DNA from: Girardia tigrina | Lineage: Eukaryota | Direction of reading: 5' to 3' | NCBI GenBank assembly: GCA_001938485.1 | Contig: MQRK01229041.1 | Location: 1 to 52,116 of the forward strand | Length of the DNA: 52,116 nucleotides | Part shown: positions 1 to 12,189 of the stretch, piece after piece | Layout: each line of letters begins with the position of its first letter | Numbering within the stretch: position 1 is the stretch's first letter | Position numbers and translations under genes: made by a program | Notes under the pieces: generated by a model | Databases searched by the model: none | What the model saw: the letters and a program-made list of their open reading frames with translations, nothing else | What the model was told of the DNA's origin: nothing

Positions 1-500
1 CAGAATATGGAATTTTAATGATTTGTTTGTATTCTTCAGTATTTTCTTGTTTTAATTGTTTTTTTAACTCGTGCATCTGTACATAATTTGTCTAATGTTA
101 CCCTAATGTTGTGTTCTATATGCTTGTTTGTATACATTTTGTCCTTCAAGCGCCTTCTAAGAATATTTAAATCCTGATTTGCAATTTCAAAACTGGACGA
201 CAAATTCCAAACTCTGTGAACAAGCCCTTTGATCATACCATCTCTGTATTTTTCCTCACAAAAACTCTGTGGTGTTGTGTAAAGACCTGTATCTGTTGCC
301 TTTCTGAATAATTCAGTTTTATAGCCTCCATTCATCCTAGTGACAAGAATGTCCAGAAAGGGAAGTTTATTATCTACTTCCAATTCTATGGTAAATTTTA
401 TATTCGGATGAAGACCATTCATGAATGTTAGGAATGGTTCTATGAGATAAGAAAATATCATTGAATAAAATATCAACACTTTACGATATCTCTGCTTAAA
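1..500 (-). mobile_element. Penelope-like element (PLE) fragment: RT C-terminus/thumb, 5'-truncated, runs off window start
   Basis: ORF 36-479 has HPNIKFTIELE, LPFLDILV, FRKATDTGLY and GMIKGLVHRVW, typical of PLE RT C-termini and homologous to the copy at 22200-22960. Confidence 0.88.
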
Positions 501-1704
501 GTATCACCGATATTCGATCATTCTGCTTACCACTTCATTGGCGGTTTTCCCATCCGCGTCCCATACCATGGCGGTACGACATTTCCACAATTTTTCACCG
601 CCGACCGGGGATTCCCTCGCTATCTACAGATATTAAAAGTGTAATTAAAATTAATATATGTTTAAATTGAATAAAGAATTTAATAAATATTTAAATTAAA
701 AAACATTAAGTTATAAAAAATAAATGATGAAACTTTGATTATCTTCTAAAATAATATTTTCTTTAAAGTTCAGTTTTAAAATTTGTCTTTTTTTGATAGA
801 GAACTATTTTTTAGTATTTTTGTACTTACGTTTTTCTACAAAAATAAATAAATAAATAAAGTTAGTCTTAAAATTCTTTTTTTATTATAATTTATACACT
901 TTTATGATTAGGAAAATTAATTACTATTTATATTTAAAATGACATAACACAATATCATCCGATGATAAATTAAAATCAGCTTTGGAAAAACTAATTTCCT
1001 CAAACATAATAGTTATACTTTCCTAGAGGATTATTAAAGGATTCAAACGAATATGAGAGACGATAATCCCGTCTATTTTTACAAAACAAATGTATATATA
1101 CATTTCCAAAAAGCAGTTATAATCTGTCCTCAATGACCGGGACAAAAAGGGTCAGTTGGCTACTTATACCTATCCAATTAAAAATCGATAATTTTAATTA
1201 AAAAAACACTAAAAATTAATAAATAAATAAATTTCCTGAGAACAAAAACATACCAACGAGCAAAAGAAATAACGAGAAAATTATCGGAAAACCAAATCAA
1301 TATTTTTTAATTTTTAATTTTAATAAAATTCCAAAAAAAATTTTAAAAAAAACTAAATTTTATTATTTCTTTCTGGAAATTTTTATATTAATTATAAACG
1401 AAAAACAAGTGAAAATATTTAACAAAAATCCCGCGCTTTAAACGTAATTAGAATACTAATTATACGAAATAAGTATATCAATCACAGAGTCAATCAAATA
1501 CCTGCAGCTGCGGCCAGCGCTGCCGTATCATCAATGTCAAATACATAATTAATCACTTTCATTTCTCCATATCTCTCTTTCCCTCATTTTTTTAAAGAGG
1601 AAAGCTTTTTTTGCTTTAAATATTTATAAAATTTCACGATTTTCCCTTTGACTAATAATTTTTAATTTAAAATTTACAAATTAAAAAAAATCTCTGATAT
1701 ATAT

Positions 1705-2194
1705 TGTGAGGAATATTTTAAATTGTTTAAATGTGTAAATGTATTTATTCTGTATGTTGATTTAAGTATGTTGAATTTAGAATGGTGATTCTCCCACCCA
1801 GATGGAAATTGGTATTTTTTTATTTAAATTTAAAGGATTGACTATTCGAACATAATTAAAATAATCATTTTATGAATTCATATTTTTAATTTAAGAATTA
1901 AAATTAAGTTTAATATTTTTAGATAAAATTTAAATTAAATGTATTTTTAATAATTTGATGTATTTTTTATTATTTTGGGATTTATTGAAAAATGGTAAAA
2001 ATTAATATTTTTTTAGAGGTTAAATATTTTAAAAAATAATTTAGAAAAAATTTTCGAATAATCATGATTAAAAACAGAAATAAGAAAACCAATTAGAACG
2101 ATGACAAACGATGAAAGACCTTCTGAGAGTCTTAATGACTCTAAATGTAATTGCAATAAAGATTTAAACGAGACTTGTTTAAATGTTCTTAATA
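1705..2194 (+). repeat. 5' LTR (490 bp)
   Basis: Direct repeat of 3165-3666, immediately followed by the PBS-like motif. Confidence 0.92.
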
Positions 2195-3164
2195 TGGCGA
2201 CACACGACCACGGGAACCAGTTATTAATGGCAATCTATACTTTACCCAACACTTCAAACATTTCTTATACGGAAAGAAGTTTCTACTTAGAACGGACCAT
2301 AATGCCATCACATTTATGATGACAACGAAGAACCCAATAACTCTACAATTCCAAACTTGGATAAACTTCCTTAGTGGACTAGACATGAGGATGGAACACT
2401 GCAAGGGCGAACACACTAATGCAGACGCAATGTCGAGAAATGCATATGAACTATGTGTACAATGTCAGACAATGCACGTTGACGCTAAAAAAGGAAAATT
2501 TAAAACTAGAATCATTGCCTTAACTGAAGATTCAGAAGGGTTCATTTGGCACACCAAGACGAGAAGACTGCAGTGAAGGTACTATTGGATAAATGGATCT
2601 GGAAATTCGGACCACCAAAGGAGATACACGTTGATAGAGGGAAAACTTTAGAATCAGCACTCTTCAAAGAAACGACGAAATTATTTAAGACGGAGATAGT
2701 CTATTCAAGTCCTTTTCACCATTACACTAACGGGATCATAGAAAGACAATTCAGAACAATAAGAGACGCCATAAATATACGATTAAAGGACTAAATGCAT
2801 AGCTATTGGGTAGAAATGTTGGCAGAAATAGAATTCATGTTAAACAGTACAATCCAAGCAACAACTGGAATATCTCCAGCCGAGATAATCTTCGGAAGAA
2901 AACTAAAACATTGGTGGAAAACTACAAGAGAAGGAAAAAGTGGAGAAAAAGAAAATAAAAATATAATTGAAACAAAACGAATATTTCAGGTCGGAGATAA
3001 AGTCTTGATAAAGAAAGTTAACCCGTCAAAATATGATGACCATTATATGGGACCAGCTAAAATTATAAAGCAAAGACACGAAAGAAGTTATGAGATACAA
3101 CTAAAGGACGGCAGGATCTTGATCAGAAACGTAAAATGGCTAAAGCTATTTAAACCGAGGGGGA

Positions 3165-3666
3165 TGTGAGGAATATTTTAAATTGTTTCAATGTGTGAAT
3201 GTAGTCATGCTGTGTGTTGATTTAAGTATGTTGAACTTAGAATGGTGATTCTCCCACTCAGATGGAAATTGGTATTTTTTATTAAGTTTAAAGTGATTGA
3301 CTATTCGAACATAATTAAAATAATCATTTTATAAGTTCATATCTTTAATTTCAGAATTAAAATTAAGTTTAATAATTTTTAGTAAAATTTAAATTAAATG
3401 CATTTTTAATAATTTGATGTGATTTTTATTATTTTGGGATTTATTGAAAAATGGTAAAACTTAATATTTTTTAATTAATATTTTTTAGAGGTTAAATATT
3501 TTAAAAAATAATTTAGAAAAATTGTTCGAATAATCATGATTAAAAACAGAAATAAGAAAACCAATTAGAACGATGACAAACGATGAAAGACTTTCTGAGA
3601 GTCATAATGACTCTAAATGTAATTGCAATAAAAATTCAAACGAGACTTGTTTAAATGTTCTTAATA
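3165..3666 (+). repeat. 3' LTR (502 bp)
   Basis: Direct repeat of 1705-2194, preceded by the PPT; carries a short TTAATATTTTTT duplication. Confidence 0.92.
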
Positions 3667-4086
3667 GATATAGTTGCAGAAATACGAAGAAGAATGTGAA
3701 AAAAATATGAACTAGGAATGATGTCGGCCTAAGAAAAACTGATCTTTTTAGCAAACTATTTTTTCTCCTCATATTTACCATTTAACATGAATTTTGGAGA
3801 AATAAGTATTTGTCTTCTTTAGAAAAATTCTTAGAATGAACTGCGGAATTTCTTTAAACAAACTTACATTCAAAGAAGTTACTTTAGAGGTATTAACATA
3901 CCTTATTATCCCTCACTCTTTAAAGTTGAATTATAGAATTAGCCCAAGACTACAACTATCGGAATTTCAATAACAACAAACCTAATTGATTTAATTTCCT
4001 CTTTTGTGAAAGACAATGAAGATATTATTTGTTCTCGTTTATTTAAATCTGAAATTTTCATTCGCTGATTGCTTTGCACTTATGTA

Positions 4087-4090
<4 letters not shown>

Positions 4091-4133
<43 letters not shown>
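4091..4133. repeat. (TA)n microsatellite
   Basis: Read directly from the sequence. Confidence 0.97.
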
Positions 4134-4139
<6 letters not shown>

Positions 4140-4229
4140 TAGATATAAATTAAAAAACGATTTAAATAAAATTCAAGAAATTTGAATATACAAATAGATT
4201 AAATAAAATAGTTAAAAAATTTTAATTGC

Positions 4230-5081
4230 TTGAAAAAGCAGACCAGTTTCATCCATATTGTACTCATCGTTTCAGCTGTACTTTTCCAGTATTCCACGAT
4301 GAATATTTTCAATCCAGTTCTGAGCTCCCAATGTATCAGCTGCGGCCTTTTCACCATGTATACGGTGAAAAGTGATGCCTTCTTTAGCCGTCAGTCGCTC
4401 CAGTCAACTGCGTGTTGGTGTGAAATCAACTCTGAGCTTTATTGTCAACTGCACAGCTTTTTCTAGCGTCAAGAGACCGCTTACAGCTGCATTTTTTGCT
4501 TGTATCTGTTTGAACCAGTCAATTAAAACCTGCTCTATGTCTTCGTTTGAACCTATTCGTTATCGTTTTAATTGTATATTTTTGTTTTTCTAAGCTTCAA
4601 ATCGAATATTGTCTTCTTTAGCTTTAATATTTGCCACCACTGATCGGATAATGCAAAACTGGTCGGCAATTCGTTGCTGGGTAAGAGACTTAAATTCTAG
4701 CAGATTTAAATTTTTCAGCTTTTGCAGCACTGATAGCGACGGCTTTTATTAATGGTCATGGTGGGTGGCGTATACTTCAATTTTTTATGAAAAATAAAAT
4801 TAAAAAACAAACTAAACATAATTTATGATTATATCTGAATTATATTATATCTGAATGATTATATATGAAATCCTAGATTAATATCTAAACAATATTAAAA
4901 TTAAACAATATTATATTAAAATAAGCATGTTTTTAATATAATTTTAATAAATTCTAATTTTAAATTTAAATTTACTTATAGGGTATAACATTATTCGGAC
5001 CACAAATGCATATTATGGACAAAATTGTCAGATTAACCAGACTGTCTCACTAACAGCAGTAACACTAACCGGACTCGACTG
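4230..5081 (-). mobile_element. Tigger/pogo DNA transposon, 5' half, degenerate
   Basis: Manual minus-strand translation gives an HTH (TQQRIADQFCIIRSVVANI), a CENP-B-type HTH (EDIEQVLIDWFKQIQAKNAAVSG...LEKA), IHGEKAAAD and YNMDETGLLF (first catalytic D). The terminus reads TA|CAGTCGAGTCC on the minus strand from 5081. Not in the ORF track in this frame. Confidence 0.82.
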
Positions 5082-5726
5082 TATTAATAAAATTATATAT
5101 ATTTTAAAATGATCTTTGTTAATTTGTATAAAGGCAATAGCTTAATGTACAATGACTCATCGGATAAATTTTGATCAGCGAACTAATTTAAATACCTCCT
5201 CATAACTTACTTAACGTATTCAGTGATAATCTTGTGAAGGTTTTTTTGTAGACTCAAACAATATTAAATAATTTGAATATGAGATGGATTGAACCGCTAG
5301 TTTTTGAATAAATAGAACCCTAAAACTCAATAGAGTATTACTTTAGTACAAAGTGAATAAATAGCTTGGTCGTTAAAACTCTGCTAAAATCTGCGCAATA
5401 AATTCTTTATTTCGGTTGCTACTATTAATTTCAAAACTAATATGTTTTTTGTTGATTTTTTTTAATCTGATAAACAATGAAATAATTAATGAATAATAAT
5501 TAATAAATAATATCTAATAAATAATATATATTTATATATAATAATATTTTATTATTTAATTTATAAATGTTGCTACACTAGCTTCATACGGGTCGACACT
5601 CCATAATTTCAATTATTTTACTTACTAACCTTTTGTTCTTCCGATAATACAAATTTTTATTTAATTATAAAAAATTAAAATTTTAATTACAATTTTTTAT
5701 TTATTAATTAAATGTTAAAAATTTAG

Positions 5727-6110
5727 GTAACCGTTGTTGATCATGATGATGAAACAGTGAATGGAAGGATACAATGTTATGAACCGAAATCTGTAGAAGG
5801 ATCTCAGGACTTAGAATTTATTAAAAGTCAAAATAAAGAATCTGCGGAAAATGTCTATGAAATACGGACTAAGAGATCGTATGATAGAGAAGCATTAATC
5901 AATACCCAGTATACAAAAGAAGCATATATAAAAGCTATTTTAATTTGTACCGACGGTTGGGGAATGAGTTTTACCTCGCCAAGATTAACGTCAACTTTGA
6001 AAATTTCGGTTTTGGTTGAAGACATCAACGATAATCCTCCGGAATTCGACTCAAAAATATATAATTTTGAATTCCCTGAAAATAGTGAATCGGATGGGAA
6101 ATGTGCTGAA
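5727..6110 (+). CDS. Protocadherin/cadherin internal exon A (128 codons, phase 0/0)
   Basis: Acceptor TTTAG|GTA at 5726/5727 and donor GAA|GTAAAA at 6110/6111. Encodes VTVVDHDD, YDRE, EDINDNPPEF and FEFPEN cadherin Ca-binding motifs. Confidence 0.92.
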
Positions 6111-6729
6111 GTAAAACTTTTAAATAAAATATTTATTTATAATATTTTAAATAAATTGTACTCATAATCGGCAGTTTTTCACCATGAACAGTAAAATTTT
6201 AAAATATAATAGAATTAACTGCTAGGCAGTTAATAAATAATTCCATCATATTTTTGTATGAAAAAATTATCTTTCCAAGCTAGTTACACAGCGCATAGCG
6301 GTTTTTCTGAATAGATATTATTCATATTGGCATCAGCCATCTGTCGGACGCTTCGAATTAAAATTTCTCTCATTGTTAATATGAGGAGTTAGTTTAAATT
6401 TGTATCTTGCCAGAATAATTTATTATTTTTTTAATTTAAAGGGTAAAATATTTTAATGTTAATATGCTTATTCAATTTTTAAAATTAAAAATTATATAAT
6501 AAAAGAAAAGCATAAAAAAATAAATATCTATTTAAAAATAAAAAATATCTTTTAATGTATCTATTAAATATCTTAAAATTAAAAATGTTAAGAAAACTAT
6601 AAAATATTTATTTTTAAATAAAAATATTTTTAATAAGCAATTTTAAATAATTTTTGAAATAAATTTTCAGGATTTTAAAAATTGAATCGAAAAGAATTTA
6701 ATAGATTAATTCGTGGCGAGATAATTAAA

Positions 6730-6900
6730 TTAACAGGAAAATTTGTTTTAAATATGTGAATTGTTATATAAATAAATTTTGGTGTTAAAAAAATGAACTC
6801 GAATATTGATGTTCCAACCACCTCTCTCAGTTAAATTAAAATTCAGCTATTTTAAAAGATTATTCTCATTGAAATATTAAATCAATTTAGGCTCGAAACT
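6730..6900 (+). repeat. Degenerate dispersed repeat, probably an LTR-family relative
   Basis: AAATTTGTTTTAAATATGTGAATTGTT...GGTGTTAAA recurs at about 49055-49110 and loosely resembles the start of the 1705 LTR. Confidence 0.4.
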
Positions 6901-7289
6901 AATTTTGTAAGAATTTTTTAGTTAACCCAAAATCACAGGCTACTGGCCTCAGTCAATCAGTCACTATATCGCAAATTACCACGTGCCACATGAAATACTT
7001 TCTGATTGGTTAGAAATAGATTATTTATTGGTAAAATTAGTGAATAAAAAAATTTATTGAACATCATTGTGTCAAAATTTTTCTATTTTGGGTCAATAAA
7101 CCAAACACAAAACCTTGACTTGGTTATTGAATATTTTGTAATAGATCAAGGTTTGTTAACTTTCACGATATATCACTTTAAGGGTGGTGAGGAAAGTATC
7201 ATATGAAGGTATCTGATAAATTTAAATTTTGATTAAATATAAACCGTTATATATTTCCATTTTAATGAAGAAAACAGTCACTTTATTTA

Positions 7290-7442
7290 TAAGAAAAAAG
7301 AAACTTTTTTCATGTATATCTTATCAACTAAGACTGGAAATAGACTGGAAGCAAAACATAATATGCATTTAGCATTGTCTAAAATTATACCAAATGTCTC
7401 ATACATGACAGATAAAAAAGCAACAGCAGACTTCACATTTAA
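7290..7442 (+). mobile_element. hAT (Buster/ZBED5-like) transposase extreme C-terminal fragment
   Basis: TKTGNRLEAKHNMHLALSKIIPN..., then after a frameshift KQQQTSH, matches the Buster-type dimerisation tail pattern (KTKxRNRL...MRxALS..P...KQxxxSH). Confidence 0.6.
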
Positions 7443-8899
7443 GAGAATAAACCTTATTGTTGAGGAAAGCGTGCCTCAACTTGGTCTTTCTTTTTCAATT
7501 TTGAATATTTTTATAATTGTCGTTCGAAAAGTTGAATTATTACATAATATTTCAAAGAAACATTTTGTAAATTGATTTCTGTATTTGATATAACTGAATT
7601 ATCTTTGTTCTTCATTTGAACATTTCCTCCACAGGCGCGAGTGTTATCAGATGAAGTGCTTGAGCTCTTTGTAGAAGATAAACTTTGATAAAAACTGCTA
7701 CCAAAATTCGAATTTGGATATTCTGGACGATCATGCGACATTCTCCCGAATTTTATTTAGTTAAATTTTGAATTATTTCACCCAATATTTATTGAAACAA
7801 ATTTAACAAGACCAAAACGATTTCAAATTACGAATTTATTTTTAAACACATTTTTTTCTTTTTGATAATTTTACAAAATTTATTAATTTGACATTGAACA
7901 TTTTTACACTCTTTTTTAACACAAAATTGAACATTTTTATCCCACTTAAATTGTTACGTGAACACATTTTTTACACTAAATTGTTATTGTGACAAATTTT
8001 GTTACAATAAAACATTCACACACAAACAATCAAATTTTTCCTTTATACACACATGCAAACTTATCACATTCAACAATTATATTAACACAAACACATTGAT
8101 TTCAACACGCAATCGATTGATCTATTTAAACAAGCAAAGGAATGACGCGACTACTTGTGATTATTTAATTAAAGTTCTAATTTTTTTATTTTGAAATTAA
8201 TTCATTTTTCAAATTAGAACGAATCGAATTTATTGATTATTGCTAACTCAATTAGAAATACCATCACGAAACCAAAGGAAAGTGATGGTTTAATTATTTA
8301 CATTAATTTTAATTTAATTTAGATTTTTTTTATTTAATTATTTTATTTATTTAATTATATAAACTTATTTATTTATTCTTTATTTTTTCCCAAGCTGGTA
8401 AAATGTTCGGTCAATTATTTAATTTTCTGCTCCACTTATATTATTTTTATTTTGTTGAATTATTGAATAAACGTTTTATTATTTTGTTTGTTATTTATAA
8501 ATTTTTTTTCATATGTAGATAGAGAGGTATTGGTATTCTGTCTACTATCAGTGTAGTTTCAATGACAAAAAAGTTAAGAAACCATGCGTTTTATGAATCC
8601 GTTCGTGTAAAAGGGGTTTTTATTGCCATCAAATTTAATAATAAATTTTAACCCACTATTTAACATATTTAATGAATATATGTGACTGCAGATGAGAAAA
8701 GCGACGACAAGTCGCTGCACAGAAAGCCCAGAAATTGCATGTAATAGTGGATTGGTCAAAAATGGGGTAAAGTAGTTCTCTATCTATGTCAATAGGTCAA
8801 TCCATGCCCATGAATACAAGATGCATCATTTGTTGTTCTGACCTATTTATAGGCATTAACTACCAAGTACAATTTGTGTGTAGCAGTGATTTTAATAAG

Positions 8900-9047
8900 C
8901 ATAATGTTTCAATTCGCGTTTTCTCAAAAACGAGTTTTTACGAATATGACCATTGTAATATCTGTAGAACAGTCAATTGATGGAATATCAGCATGATTTT
9001 TTGCACAGTTGTTAACTATTATGAAACCTACAGCGTGGCACTCTTAA
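8900..9047 (-). mobile_element. Possible DNA-transposon terminus at a TTAA site (Sola3/Kolobok-like TTAA|GAG end)
   Basis: The minus strand reads TTAA|GAGTGCCACGCTGTAGG. No partner TIR found. Confidence 0.25.
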
Positions 9048-9086
9048 CTCAGTTTCCTACTTGTGGTCCCTTTCCTCAGCTTTGGT

Positions 9087-9089
<3 letters not shown>

Positions 9090-9123
<34 letters not shown>
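9090..9123. repeat. (TA)n microsatellite
   Basis: Read directly from the sequence. Confidence 0.97.
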
Positions 9124-9125
<2 letters not shown>

Positions 9126-9169
9126 ATTATTCCTACTAGATTAAGATGATTATACTTCTAGATGTGTAT

Positions 9170-10482
9170 ATGTGGTTGAAGCATTAAGTCCCCGGACTAA
9201 GTATACAAGGAAAATGACAGGGATTTCATATATTTTTCAAGTGATAACAGACATGTAAAGGTTTACTTCTCAATGTAAGAACCATTTTTGGGCACGCACT
9301 TCTCCCAGCGTACCGCTAATTCCAAAAAGGCTTCTTTGAAGAAGTTTGAGTCACATTCAGCAAAGAAATTCATAACTGCACCTCTCACTTCTTCATGGGA
9401 TTTAAAGTTTTTGCCACAAATCGACTTCTTCAGGTGCCAGAAAAACCAAAAATTACTTGGCGCCAGGGCAGGACTGTATAGAGGATGAGAAATGAGGTTG
9501 AAACCTGCATCATCAAAAGCCGCTGTGGAAAGGGAACTTTTGTGAATTGCTGCGTTGTCTTGCAACGGCCACAGCAGTGAGCATATATGTTTCCTACGCA
9601 GTGATCTAGTTTCAGCAACGAGTGAGACATAGTAGGCGCTATTCAGTTTCACTGTTTTGCCTGCCAAATCCAGTTTTATGACACCATCACCGTCCCAAAA
9701 TACAGTCAGCATAAGAAATTGTCGATGGTTTTTCCCGGACGTCATTTTCAGTGCTAAGTTTTTCATTTGAAAGGTGCCATTCTGAAGATTCTCTTTTGAT
9801 CTCGGGTATATAGATACTTAGCGTTGTCTCATCTACAGTGACAATGTTGGATAGATATCGTTGTCAATGTTCTTGCCACAAATCCAGGTTTTGCTGAGAA
9901 CACTGCAAACGTGTCTCGCACATCTCTCCTGACAGAAATTGGGCACAAAGCGAGATTCCAGCTTCCTTATTCCAAGGGATTTCAACACCTCACGTGCTTT
10001 CCCTTCACTGATGTTCAGGCTACCTCCAAGCGCCTTTACAGTGATTTTTCTCCCTGTTTTGATGAGTTCCTGACAAAGTTTCTTTAATTTGTCTTGATTG
10101 ATTTCCACTGGTCATCCTGGTCTTTCTTCATCAAAAACAGTTGTCCTTCCACGTTTAAACTGGGCAATCCAATCATAAACTGTCATTTTAGAGGGAAAAT
10201 TTATCCCATAAAAATCCCTTAAGTGCTTGATAATTTCCTGGTTGTCTACCCTTCGTACCACATGAAATTTAATCACACTGTGATACTCAACATGATTCAT
10301 TTGGAAAAATGACGAAATGTGCGAATTTTTTTCGAACCTGTAGAACACGTAAACACAATGATGCAATAAAACAAATTACATTTTCTTTACCTATAGATAT
10401 TATAGTTATATATCACAAAAGAATCACGAATTTATATTTAATGATTTCTATCCATTCCGGGTAATTAATGGGTGAACTTGGT
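9170..10482 (-). mobile_element. Mariner element, near full length, frameshifted
   Basis: ORFs 10112-10366 (HTH, WIAQFKRGR..DEERPG), 9833-10108 and 9263-9766 (VFWD, LQDNAAIH, HPLYSPALAPSNFW). Degenerate TIRs share GTT.A..CATTAA.T.CCCGGA.T. Confidence 0.9.
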
Positions 10483-11439
10483 CTTTACGTATGTAAATAC
10501 ATTTATAATTATTTTAATATTAAGAATTATTAATATCCTAATAACCATGATTAAGAAAAGAATTGTTTTTATTATAATTTCTGAACATTAATAATAAATA
10601 TAATAATTAAATTTAATTTTCTTTAACAACCCACCTTCGAATAGAACATTCGTTGAAACACGTCTTTTGAAGTGAACATTGCTTTCAATTAGTCTAATTT
10701 AAACTCTTAATTATATGAAAAAAATGATAATTAAATGAAGATTTTTGGTATAAATTTTCAAAAAATATATAAATAAAACGAAATAGATAAAAATATTTTT
10801 TCTCTTTTAATGAAAAATGGCTTTAATATAAAACAGGTTTTCATTTTCATTTCTTGAAATCTCATTTTGTAAAATCAATTAATTATTAAAATTATTTTTA
10901 TAAAAAAATTAAAAACTCCTTTCAGTTAAATTTAATAAAATTTCCCAAAACATTGCGAATTCTTGGTTTACTCGCTGGGATTCGCTACATTTAACGTATG
11001 GAATATTCTGCTACCCAGAATATGTCAATATACATTTAATCGTTCGTAGTGAGTAACACTAATTTTAGTTAATTAACTAAAGAACGTTTAATCGTTATTT
11101 AACTGATTTAATAATCAATTAATTCAAATTATGGATAATTGAATTTATTTTTGTTTTTTTACTTAGTCACTAATAGTTTTATTTTTCTGTTATTAAGCCA
11201 CAAAATAAATTTCCATGATTTATTTTAAATAACATTATTATTTTGTTTGTTTCATTATTTATTTACGACTTTCAAAGTAAATTATTTCTTTAATGTTGTG
11301 TTTTGCTGAGTTTCAATAAAATCAAGCTAATGTTTATTTATTTTTTTTATTTTATTTTTATATTTTTTTAGTGTTTTTATTAACAATTGACAAACGATTA
11401 CTAAATTATTTGTTAAATTAAAAAAAAAACAAAATTTAA

Positions 11440-11671
11440 CCCTTAAATGCATGATTTTTTATTTTTTCATGAAATATTTGATGACAGCTAAAGAATTTTG
11501 ACGTTTATATCAATATTGGCGGGAGTTTTGACATGTTTTGTTATAATCGTCATAGACAANAATGTACAAAGATAATTTATTTACAAAGGACAGCAATTAT
11601 TTACACAAACTGGATGCATGGCACTTTCAAACGTTTGTTGTATCATTTTTGATACAAGATGCATTCAAGGG
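11440..11671. mobile_element. piggyBac-type MITE (232 bp)
   Basis: TTAA|CCCTTAAATGCAT ... ATGCATTCAAGGG|TTAA: a 13-bp TIR with 1 mismatch and TTAA TSD on both sides. Internal palindrome TTGTATCA-TTTT-TGATACAA. Confidence 0.85.
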
Positions 11672-12189
11672 TTAATAATAAAAATTATTAAATAAAATAA
11701 AAAAATATGACAATAATTTTGAAGATTTGTAATTCATAATTTCACATTTCTTGAATTAAATATGGAAAACTTCTAATGTTAAAAAAAGCAAAACTAAATT
11801 ACAATCTGCGATTAAATAGATTCTCGACACTTTTATTCCGAAAAAAAAACGTTTGGATAAAATATGTATATAATTTAATAATTGTCATTGCAGATTCTTT
11901 GATTCATAAAAAAATAATAATAGCAAATTTTAGCGAATTATTATTTTTTTATCGTTTTTATCATTTTATCATTTCTGGAGATTAAATTTTTGCTTAATAA
12001 TTATTCTAGGTTTTCTTTAAAGAGTAAAATTAAATAAATAATTTTAAGATTTTATTAAAATTTTTAATTGTCTATTTAAGATTTATTATTTTCTGTTAAT
12101 TTTTGAAAATTATTAAAGATAAAATAAAATTTCAATAACCTGTTTGCTTTATATTTATGTGTTATTCAAAAATGTATATAATGATGTCT

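Larger units (their letters stand above)
1705..3666 (+). mobile_element. Internally deleted, non-autonomous Ty3/gypsy LTR retrotransposon with two LTRs
   Basis: LTRs at 1705-2194 and 3165-3666 (TGTGAGGAATATTT...GTTCTTAATA). PBS-like TGGCGACAC at 2195; PPT GAGGGGGA at 3157-3164; flanks TATAT/GATAT. The interior has an RNase H remnant (YGKKFLLRTDH...NADAMSR) and integrase (FGPPKEIHVDRG, SSPFHHYTNGIIER, YMGPAKI). Confidence 0.93.

Noticed and set aside
1040-1095. Upstream cadherin exon (plus-strand ...RDDNPVYF)
   Set aside because: It does not match DxNDNxP and has no convincing splice sites or other cadherin motifs.
6214-6232. Hairpin TTAACTGC-TAG-GCAGTTAA as a terminator or regulatory element
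   Set aside because: It is an isolated 8-bp stem in a eukaryotic intron with no supporting context.
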